From a virus (lineage: Duplodnaviria; Caudoviricetes): a stretch of DNA of 53,377 nt. The notes beneath the pieces were generated by a model. It saw nothing but the letters and a program-made list of their open reading frames with translations. It was not told the origin of the DNA and ran no database searches. A program made the position numbers and the translations under genes. Where the stretch lies: positions 1 through 53,377 of the IMG/VR virus record IMGVR_UViG_3300023296_001269. One strand, written 5' to 3'. Of this stretch, positions 17,912-24,736 are shown in pieces (the stretch's first letter is position 1; the number at the start of each line of letters is the position of its first letter).

Positions 17912-18316
17912 TTAAATAGGCGTAGGATTCGCAGTACAGCTGCTGCACGTGGGGATGTTGTGGGCGTGCAACCAGTTGACTTCTGTCTCCAGTGCGGTGT
18001 CCCGTTGGTCGGGATTATAGGGCCCCAACACGGTATCATGCCCAGTAGGCGTCATATCAGCGAACCAGTGGGACGCGTATTTTTGCAGGATCTGCCACTG
18101 CGTTCCTGCGACAATCTCTGCATATTCGTATCCAAGATGCGACAGCGCTGCCTGACTTAATGCAGCGCCGGGTTCTACATGTGATGCCCGCACAGTAGTC
18201 ACTGCCCCCACCGCAGGCAGCATCTTTGCCACCCCCGCATCGTACACAGCCCGTACTTCTTGGGAGCCGTCGTGAATACCGTTACGGGGCACAATTATTT
18301 TTGTTGGCTTAGTCAT
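17912..18316 (-). CDS. RASHVEP-motif hypothetical protein
   Basis: RASHVEP...WFADMTP...VLGPY...ALETEVNWL; I recognise this family from Planctomycetota AAA/DUF1257/DUF2997 clusters. Confidence 0.75.
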   Translation of the reverse strand: MTKPTKIIVPRNGIHDGSQEVRAVYDAGVAKMLPAVGAVTTVRASHVEPGAALSQAALSHLGYEYAEIVAGTQWQILQKYASHWFADMTPTGHDTVLGPYNPDQRDTALETEVNWLHAHNIPTCSSCTANPTPI

Positions 18317-18346
18317 AATCGCAGGGCCTTAGTTAGCTGGGGCAAT

Positions 18347-18379
18347 AAAAAAGCAGACAGCGGGGGTACCGTTGCCTGC
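18347..18379 (-). terminator. Intrinsic terminator
   Basis: gcaggcaacgg/ccgctgtctgc stem plus T6 on the minus strand. Confidence 0.65.
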
Positions 18380-18414
18380 GTATATTTTTTAATGATGGTA
18401 GTGTGTCGCAGGTA

Positions 18415-18630
18415 TTATTCGTCGCCGTCGCTGAGATGCTCGTGCGTCTCTTCGGTATCGTAGAATTCGTTTTTGAGGGTTTCCTCTTCAGCTACCCCGA
18501 TAGCCGCCTCAAATGGGGCAGTGGCTGATTGACAGGTAGTTCCTGTAAACCCACTGGTTTCGAATGACATCTTACGTTCCCCTTTGGAAATACCGACCAG
18601 GGGGATAGTTACTTTAATTTCTTTTGCCAT
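18415..18630 (-). CDS. DUF2997 family protein
   Basis: KEIKVTI...ETSGFTGTTCQSATAPFEAAIG...KNEFY signature. Confidence 0.85.
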   Translation of the reverse strand: MAKEIKVTIPLVGISKGERKMSFETSGFTGTTCQSATAPFEAAIGVAEEETLKNEFYDTEETHEHLSDGDE

Positions 18631-18665
18631 GTTAATGGGCCTATTGCTACTCAAATGAAAGATAT

Positions 18666-18697
18666 AAAAAAGGCAGGACCAAAGTAGTCCTGCCTTT
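18666..18697 (-). terminator. Intrinsic terminator
   Basis: aaaggcaggac/gtcctgccttt stem plus T6. Confidence 0.75.
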
Positions 18698-18718
18698 CCG
18701 TGCCGGGCGAATTACACT

Positions 18719-19084
18719 TTATGCGAAAGCATGCATGCTGAGTTCGATGTCACCATTGTCGAGCTCTTCTTCTGCTACTGTGTACCCTTCGATCGCGGCT
18801 TGATCGTTAAGGGTCTCCACAGAATAGCGTTGGACCAATTTGTCCAACTCAATCTGTTTGCCCCAGTGTTCCCCGTAATTGTCATAACTGACTTCGCCGC
18901 TGTCAGTATTGATGACAACTGGGTAATCCCAGGCTGGGAGGGTGAAGGCGAGGCCTTCGGCTTTTTGTCCGTTGTACAACTTGTGGGTATCTCGCCCCAA
19001 GTTGGTCAGCCCCAGAAATTCTGCTGCCCGCACCAGGCAGGCCTCATTCTTTATTTCAACTTTCGCTTTAACTACGTGACTCAT
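18719..19084 (-). CDS. DUF1257 (Ycf35-like) protein
   Basis: MSHVV...YDNYGEHWG...LVQRYSVE...GYTVAEEELDNGDIEL; AAGGAG RBS. Confidence 0.88.
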   Translation of the reverse strand: MSHVVKAKVEIKNEACLVRAAEFLGLTNLGRDTHKLYNGQKAEGLAFTLPAWDYPVVINTDSGEVSYDNYGEHWGKQIELDKLVQRYSVETLNDQAAIEGYTVAEEELDNGDIELSMHAFA

Positions 19085-19173
19085 ACTCGGTCTCTCCTTA
19101 ATAACTTCCATGGAACTCACCCCGGTATCCCGGGGTATAACACGTGTGGGTATCTATTGTATTCAGCGTGCGA

Positions 19174-20862
19174 CTATTCGTCTAGGTCGACGTTCCGCTT
19201 TTGTCGATTGAGGCGTTTCTGTTTCTTCGTTTGCCCCTCGTTTTGAGCAGCAGATACTGGCTCCCCCTTATTTTCGCAAAACTCTCGGATTTCCTTCATC
19301 CCTGCTGGGTCGTGTACCGTCAGTGGGATTACTGACTTGATCGCGTCACGTAACTGGTCAAACGTAGGTGTACCAGTTACCCCTTCAGTGCCTGCAGTTG
19401 CCTCCAGGGCCCTGCCACGGGCATCCACGATCACTTCTTCCAATTCCGCCCCTACGTATCCGTCTGTGTCTTTAATAAGTTGTTCCCAGTCCGCATCGTC
19501 GAACCCTAGCGACGCAGGATCGACACCGCGACGACGAAGATGGATCTCCATAATTTGCCGTCTTTCTGCATCTGCGGGGATATCCGTAAAGAAGATCTTG
19601 TCAAAACGCCCGGCCCGCAGTAATTCCGGAGGTAGCCCTTCGGTACGGTTTAGAGTCATGATACAGAACGTCTTTGACCGGTTCTCTGCTAACCACGTCA
19701 AGATTGTACCAAACACCCGCTGCGTTACACCAGAATCCCCGCGGCTGCCTACCGCATTTCCCAGTGCCTTGTCGGCTTCGTCAATTACCAACACGCAGCC
19801 GCGCTGTGCGTCGATCTGTCGGAGTACGTCGCGTGTTCGTTTTTCGGATTCCCCTACCAGGCTCCCGAACAGCGAACCGATATCCAGGATGTACCCGGGA
19901 AGGTCCATTGCGTGACAAGTAGCTTTCGCCACCATGGACTTTCCAGTTCCAGGTAATCCCAAAAGTACGCAGCCTTTAGGGTAATCAATTTGCAGCTGGC
20001 GTGCTTCGTCTCCGTACGCCAGCTTCCGGCGGGCAAGCCACGTGGTGTAATTTTCGTAACCGCCAATATCCGAGAAAGAGGCTACAGAGTCTACGGGGAT
20101 ATACGTCAAAATCCCCTCTTTCTTGATGATGCCCGCTTTTTCGTCTTTAATGGTATCCAGCATAGCATCTTTGAACCCATCATGAATAATCAGGCAGCGA
20201 GACAGGCAGTTCTCGGCCTCCCCGTGTGTCAGCCCCAGCATGTTGGTCGCCAGGTTTCTGCGGAGTTCCGGGGACAGTGTTGCTTTCCCCGCGGCCTTGC
20301 CTTTTACAGACGTTTGAACAAAGTCCACTGTCTGTAAAAGTGCCTCTTCATCTGGTAAGACAAAATCGATCACGGTGATCGAAGACTTAATTTTATCTGG
20401 GATATTCAGCTGAGAACTGATGATGATGATCGGTGTATGCCGCTTGCTGTTTACAAGATGGTTCCCTTGTTCCAGCGACTTGATGTGTCGTCGCACTGTG
20501 GGGTCCTTCATATAGTCATCCAGATCCCGGAAGACTAACATCAAGTCACCGCTGATAAGCGACTTGTCGGCAACGGCTCCCAGTGCCTGGATGGGGTTGT
20601 TATACTTGGGCTCGCTCAATTTCTTTTCTAGCGCCGCAGGGGCGGTAAATCCGCAAGCACTGTCCCAGGTAATAACGCCCCAGTCCATCCGCTGCGCTAA
20701 TCTGTGAAGTTCTGCTTCTGCCCGGCTCTCTTCGCTGGTGTGTACGTACAGAATTTGGTAACCAGCTTTTAAGTGCTGGTGTACGTCTTGCGTGAACTCC
20801 GTGTGCTGGATGGTTTCGGTTGCGTCGGTAGTTGCGGCAGGGGTTGTGACTGTATTGCTCAT
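19174..20862 (-). CDS. Ycf46-like AAA+ ATPase ending RQKRNVDLDE
   Basis: Degenerate N-terminal AAA domain (TSEESR, FRDLD), Walker A GLPGTGKS, Walker B VIDEADK, SRH LPPELLRAGRFD. Confidence 0.92.
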   Translation of the reverse strand: MSNTVTTPAATTDATETIQHTEFTQDVHQHLKAGYQILYVHTSEESRAEAELHRLAQRMDWGVITWDSACGFTAPAALEKKLSEPKYNNPIQALGAVADKSLISGDLMLVFRDLDDYMKDPTVRRHIKSLEQGNHLVNSKRHTPIIIISSQLNIPDKIKSSITVIDFVLPDEEALLQTVDFVQTSVKGKAAGKATLSPELRRNLATNMLGLTHGEAENCLSRCLIIHDGFKDAMLDTIKDEKAGIIKKEGILTYIPVDSVASFSDIGGYENYTTWLARRKLAYGDEARQLQIDYPKGCVLLGLPGTGKSMVAKATCHAMDLPGYILDIGSLFGSLVGESEKRTRDVLRQIDAQRGCVLVIDEADKALGNAVGSRGDSGVTQRVFGTILTWLAENRSKTFCIMTLNRTEGLPPELLRAGRFDKIFFTDIPADAERRQIMEIHLRRRGVDPASLGFDDADWEQLIKDTDGYVGAELEEVIVDARGRALEATAGTEGVTGTPTFDQLRDAIKSVIPLTVHDPAGMKEIREFCENKGEPVSAAQNEGQTKKQKRLNRQKRNVDLDE

Positions 20863-20871
20863 TTTTTCTTT

Positions 20872-21549
20872 CTACTTAAACGAGTTTAACATGTTTGCGA
20901 CGGCTTCGTTTGCAGAGCCGCTGCGCAGTGGTAGGGAGGAAAGTTGCTGCGCCAGCGATTTTAAGTTCGCTTTTACAGCATTGTTAATTTCTTCTGTCTT
21001 TGTAGCCTCCAGCGTGTAGATGGAGTTATACATAATTGGGTCATCAGAAAATTCCTGATTGACAAACGATTGTTGATCCGCCCTGGTAGCAATTCGTAAA
21101 ATATCAGGTGCGTTAATGATCCCTTCTGCGTCTAGTACCAGCCCGATGTAGCCGGTGATTTCTTCCGTAAACGGTGCATCATCCGTGTCTTCAGGAGGAG
21201 AAAGTAACAACGCCTCAGTAACGCCCCACGCGACTTCTGCTGCGTCTGCTGGATCCCAGTTGCGAGGATCGTACGTGTCCCCGGAAAGAATATTGCAGTA
21301 ATTAACAAAGTCAGGTAGAGATTTATAGAAATCATCAGAGGTGATGATATTGATACCTGCCATTAACCGGTCCAGATTGGCCGGATGTATGGTGATATTA
21401 AAATCATCATTGATTTCCATCTGTATGGTTTCTGGTGCCCAGGTAAACCCTTCGGTGCCGTAATTATCCACAAATACCGTGAGTAGTGTAGTGGTAAAAG
21501 CGGCTGGATTACGTAACGCGTCTCTGTGCGTTGCTTTGAAGTCGGGCAT
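20872..21549 (-). CDS. Conserved-looking phage hypothetical protein
   Basis: Long ORF (WAPETI...AWGVTEA); ATG 21549 with GGAG RBS. Confidence 0.8.
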   Translation of the reverse strand: MPDFKATHRDALRNPAAFTTTLLTVFVDNYGTEGFTWAPETIQMEINDDFNITIHPANLDRLMAGINIITSDDFYKSLPDFVNYCNILSGDTYDPRNWDPADAAEVAWGVTEALLLSPPEDTDDAPFTEEITGYIGLVLDAEGIINAPDILRIATRADQQSFVNQEFSDDPIMYNSIYTLEATKTEEINNAVKANLKSLAQQLSSLPLRSGSANEAVANMLNSFK

Positions 21550-21550
21550 A

Positions 21551-22000
21551 TTAAGCTCCAGAAGTTTCAAGCCGCGAACAAGCGTGGTGGTTACGCTGGA
21601 ATAAGATAGCCAGGTTGTACGCGAGAGTTTCTAACGGGTAATTTTCCGGTTTCTCTACAGTGTCACCGGAAACTAGGTCTAGCCACCCTGTCACATTATG
21701 AAAGGCGGCGTAACGGCAATCAGCAATAACCAGCATGGGTGGTTGGAGGGTTCGGGCTTGGGCAGCTTTGCCTAGCCCTGTAAGTTGTCCAACTACCAAT
21801 TCGTATAATAAGTTTTTTTGCTCAGGGGCAAGGAACTGCAGTTTATGGATTAACATAAACACCCAGAGACCCAGACAGTGGTCTGCTGTTAATACAGTAT
21901 CCGCGGGCGGCGTCCCTTCCCGCCCAAGTTGCCGAAACGCGGCGCGTAGCTGCAATGCGGATAGTTGTGTTCCGCGTGTAATAGTTTCGACAGTCAACAT
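21551..22000 (-). CDS. Hypothetical protein
   Basis: 149-aa ORF packed in operon. Confidence 0.75.
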   Translation of the reverse strand: MLTVETITRGTQLSALQLRAAFRQLGREGTPPADTVLTADHCLGLWVFMLIHKLQFLAPEQKNLLYELVVGQLTGLGKAAQARTLQPPMLVIADCRYAAFHNVTGWLDLVSGDTVEKPENYPLETLAYNLAILFQRNHHACSRLETSGA

Positions 22001-22003
22001 ATA

Positions 22004-22273
22004 TTACAGGCCGCCTGTCAGATTGTAATCACAGCGATAGGCGGCTACTGCCCCACCACGGCCCATGATTAAGTCTTCTGAATATTTTCCGTCCCCGTCT
22101 ACAGGATAGGCGCTCTCATTACCAGAGATACCAGCACGGGAGATTGTGCCTGCAGCAGTGGTGATTGCCAGGTTTTTAGCAGCGGGGGACATTACGTCTT
22201 CCTGGGACGGGCCTTCAATGGTGACGGTCCCCGTCCGTGAGTTCAGATCTTGTGATACTACATGAAGTGTCAT
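22004..22273 (-). CDS. Hypothetical protein
   Basis: 89-aa ORF, AAGGAG RBS. Confidence 0.75.
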   Translation of the reverse strand: MTLHVVSQDLNSRTGTVTIEGPSQEDVMSPAAKNLAITTAAGTISRAGISGNESAYPVDGDGKYSEDLIMGRGGAVAAYRCDYNLTGGL

Positions 22274-22294
22274 ACTGCGGCTCCTTCTTTTATA

Positions 22295-22815
22295 CTTAAA
22301 AATGGTTATTACTTTCGCAATAATACTCTGCCGTCTTTCTTAACGCAATGCCAGCCCCTGCACCTGTACACGCAGTGATCGCCAATAGCTAAGAAAAATT
22401 GTACAGGGATAGCGGGAAAATAACGCAGCAGACCATTGGAGAGCATGAGGAAAATACTTACAGTAAGTAAAAAGTTCTTACGTAAATAAAGTCCTCACGC
22501 CCACCAATGGTCGCTAAACGGATCCGTCGCCTCAGTCCTCGACCGGGAAGGTCGAGCATTGTCTCACGAGCTCGTTGCGGGTCGCAATAACCCGCCCTGA
22601 GATCACGGTGTACGCGTAACTTTTTGTCACGCGTACCTTCGGTACTGGTTGTTTTTCGATTGCGTTCGGTGTAAACCGAATAGGGGATTGCCGGCGGACC
22701 GGCAGATGTAGGTGATATTCCGCCATCTTTTCTTCCTTCTAGAGGGGCCCATATGATTGGCTCCTTCATCGTTAAACTACGGGTGTGAAGTAACTTATGC
22801 TAAAATAGCTAACAC
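22295..22815 (-). ncRNA. Putative large structured non-coding RNA or long leader
   Basis: At least nine stems in ~520 nt; stem imperfections are G-U pairs on the minus strand; GAAA tetraloop; lies just downstream of the duplicated promoter-like motif. Confidence 0.6.
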
Positions 22816-22818
22816 AGA

Positions 22819-23184
22819 TCACTTTATATGCCGCATTTCTGCGGTTAATTTAGCAGCATATAAGGGCTGCAAGAAATGGCCGATGAGGGATTCGAACCCT
22901 CGATGATCTGGGAGGGGCTGCGTGTACTTAAAGCCCACCCCCCTGGGCCAAGCACTATCCGTAACCTGCCCAGTGCGTGATTCCTCCCGCCTACCGGCCA
23001 GGGCCTCTTCCTCCGCGTCATCACTCGCGGTCTCTTCCGCGATGCTCGCGGCCAGGAAGGCTGCCTCATTGGCTGTCACTTCGGAGGCTTCGCTGGCGAC
23101 CACCGCTGCTGTGCGAGGTGGTCGCCATGCGTAGTAATTGCGCGCCACTAAAAGAATCACGGCGGCGACTGCCCATACAATCAT
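22819..23184 (-). CDS. Possible single-TM Ala/Glu-rich protein reading through the tRNA-like element
   Basis: Open 121 codons with a hydrophobic N-terminus, but no clear RBS and heavy RNA structure. Confidence 0.35.
   Translation of the reverse strand: MIVWAVAAVILLVARNYYAWRPPRTAAVVASEASEVTANEAAFLAASIAEETASDDAEEEALAGRREESRTGQVTDSAWPRGVGFKYTQPLPDHRGFESLIGHFLQPLYAAKLTAEMRHIK
22824..22853 (-). promoter_or_regulatory. Promoter-like motif copy 1, CTAAATTAA-CCGCAG-AAATGCGGCATATAA
   Basis: 27/30 identical to 24399-24428. Confidence 0.65.
22877..22999 (-). ncRNA. Oversized (123-nt) tRNA-like cloverleaf
   Basis: Acceptor GGCCGGT/ATCGGCC+A, canonical T arm GAGGG-TTCGAAT-CCCTC, D-like stem GCG/CGC, extended CTGGG/CCCAG arm and long variable arm; no canonical 7-nt anticodon loop. 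Confidence 0.55.
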
Positions 23185-23204
23185 GTATAAAGGATCTTAC
23201 AAAG

Positions 23205-23237
23205 AGGGTGCGATATTGGTTTACGAAAACGCACCCT
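23205..23237 (-). terminator. Hairpin/terminator after the NLTPH gene
   Basis: agggtgcg/cgcaccct stem followed by CTTTGT. Confidence 0.5.
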
Positions 23238-23244
23238 ATCGTAA

Positions 23245-23601
23245 TTAAATATCATCGGAATTCACTGCGAGACTTTCGCAGCCTACAATTTTTCCTTCTT
23301 CGTCTCTGACAAGATCTGAAGGACAACACAAATCGTGCCGTAATGGCAGTGCTGACATTACCAAGTGTGATACAATCAACATCACACCTTCTTCTTGATC
23401 TGGGAGATTCAAAACATCTCCGAATTCCTTACGTACCAAAGGGACGGGGAAGTTGGCACTCAGCCGCTTGGCTAAGTGTGTCACCGACTCGACACACCTC
23501 GGTAATTTTTGCCTAATCATTGTGATTTCAGATCGCACTTCAACAGTTGAATTTGAAAAAATGATATTCACATTGTGAGGTGTCAGATTTCTTAATCTCA
23601 T
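23245..23601 (-). CDS. NLTPH-motif phage hypothetical protein
   Basis: MRLRNLTPH...LIVSHLV...RHDLCCP...VRDEEGKIVGC; AGGGAG RBS. Confidence 0.8.
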   Translation of the reverse strand: MRLRNLTPHNVNIIFSNSTVEVRSEITMIRQKLPRCVESVTHLAKRLSANFPVPLVRKEFGDVLNLPDQEEGVMLIVSHLVMSALPLRHDLCCPSDLVRDEEGKIVGCESLAVNSDDI

Positions 23602-23640
23602 TTCTTCTCTCCCTTTGTTTGTGGTTAAATAATTCTTTAA

Positions 23641-23937
23641 TTACATTTCACATTCAGGACTGTCAGATGTCAATGTCCAGATAGGACGGTCACCAATGCG
23701 ACCACCATAGAAGGTGGTTTTCCAGACGTCTTTGACAATTCCTTCTGGGAAAACTCTTTCGGCACTTTCTTTTGCCTGAAACATTGCGAGGCTCATAACC
23801 TCTTTCTCTCTCGGATTGATTCTGTAGTTATTCCAACCGGCCATCTTAAATTCCCCTGCCCGGTTATTGTGGAAGCCCATAGCTAAGGGCTTGTCGGAAC
23901 TTTGATCAACGAACATTACAACTTCAAAATGGAACAT
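23641..23937 (-). CDS. Hypothetical protein
   Basis: 98-aa ORF, AAGGT RBS. Confidence 0.7.
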   Translation of the reverse strand: MFHFEVVMFVDQSSDKPLAMGFHNNRAGEFKMAGWNNYRINPREKEVMSLAMFQAKESAERVFPEGIVKDVWKTTFYGGRIGDRPIWTLTSDSPECEM

Positions 23938-24166
23938 GTCAAAACCTTTAAATAATTATTTAGTTAAAAGATTGGCGGTTAAAAGTTCAAATTTTTAATC
24001 GGAACAACTCTGAGAAAAACAGAAATAAGAGTTTTCTTAATAAACATCTAAATGCCCAGCACTTCTTTGATCTCTTGCATCTGTGTAGATTCCACGCCAT
24101 CAATTAGCGTGAATTTGTACGATTTTCATATCTTTAAAACCTTTATTATTTCTGTTTTGTTTGTTG

Positions 24167-24199
24167 AAAAACCCTAGCTAAATAATTCTTTAGCTAAGG
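24167..24199 (-). terminator. Intrinsic terminator built around one palindrome copy
   Basis: ccttagctaaa/tttagctaggg stem plus T5. Confidence 0.65.
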
Positions 24200-24398
24200 T
24201 CTCTGAGAATGGAATTATCTGGTAGATAATTCTTTAAATGCAGTGTGACCATAACTGCTATGGATAAGTCATTAGACGTCTCCCTCAAATAAAAGAAATT
24301 GGTAGCTATCTACCGCGCGATAGATAAAAGAAAAGCCCGTAGCAATATTTCTATTGTTGTGGGCCTGTGTTGTTGTTAGTAGTTAATTAGCATACACC

Positions 24399-24428
24399 TT
24401 ATATGCCGCATTTTTGCCTTTAATTTAG
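24399..24428 (-). promoter_or_regulatory. Promoter-like motif copy 2, CTAAATTAA-AGGCAA-AAATGCGGCATATAA
   Basis: 27/30 identical to 22824-22853; begins at the stop codon ending the structural operon. Confidence 0.65.
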
Positions 24429-24736
24429 ACGGTATAAACGGTCGGTTTCCCTGCCCCGTTTCGGGTAATCACTCGTAGCTGCTTCGCGTTTAACAGGGCC
24501 TTCAGCTGCGACAGCTTGGCCCCTTTTGTATTTTTGATACATTGTTTAGCCTGTGCGAACGCAGCAGTTTTAATCGCGTTCTTTTTCCGGGTACACTTCA
24601 AACAGTTGCGGCCCCCTTTTTGTGTACTGGCTAATTTCTGCTTGAAAGATTGTAAGCAGGGAAGCAACGCTATAAACCGCGGATCTTGTGTCATAGAGCG
24701 AAGCACCTGATCTTCAATCGTTACCAAGTTTGCCAC
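24425..24736 (-). CDS. Basic CxxC protein (paralogue of 25797-26147)
   Basis: TIEDQVLRSM...F..LPCL...RNCLKC. Confidence 0.75.
   Translation of the reverse strand: MANLVTIEDQVLRSMTQDPRFIALLPCLQSFKQKLASTQKGGRNCLKCTRKKNAIKTAAFAQAKQCIKNTKGAKLSQLKALLNAKQLRVITRNGAGKPTVYTV

Larger units (their letters stand above)
23626..24236. repeat. Four copies of palindromic TAAATAATT[AC]TTTA
   Basis: Copies at 23626, 23949 (perfect palindrome), 24179 and 24223 (TAGATAATTCTTTA). Confidence 0.7.

Noticed and set aside
22458-22769. 103-aa ORF and overlapping 64-aa ORF as real genes
   Set aside because: No recognisable motifs, the best RBS points to a third short frame, and strand-specific G-U stems explain the region better. 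Not fully excluded.
22295-22815. RNase P RNA, group I/II intron, or CsrB-like sponge
   Set aside because: No GAGGAAAGUCC P4 motif, no recognisable group I P7 or group II domain V, no interrupted gene, and no series of GGA hairpin loops. By-eye only; an Rfam scan is still needed.
22877-23184. Standard or permuted tmRNA
   Set aside because: No G3-U70 pair, no stop after the tag-like peptide, and the peptide lies upstream of the 5' acceptor strand rather than inside the tRNA-like domain.
24335-24364. Hairpin gcccgtagcaata/tattgttgtgggc as a minus-strand terminator
   Set aside because: It pairs well (G-U) only on the plus strand while the U-tract is on the minus strand, so function is ambiguous.
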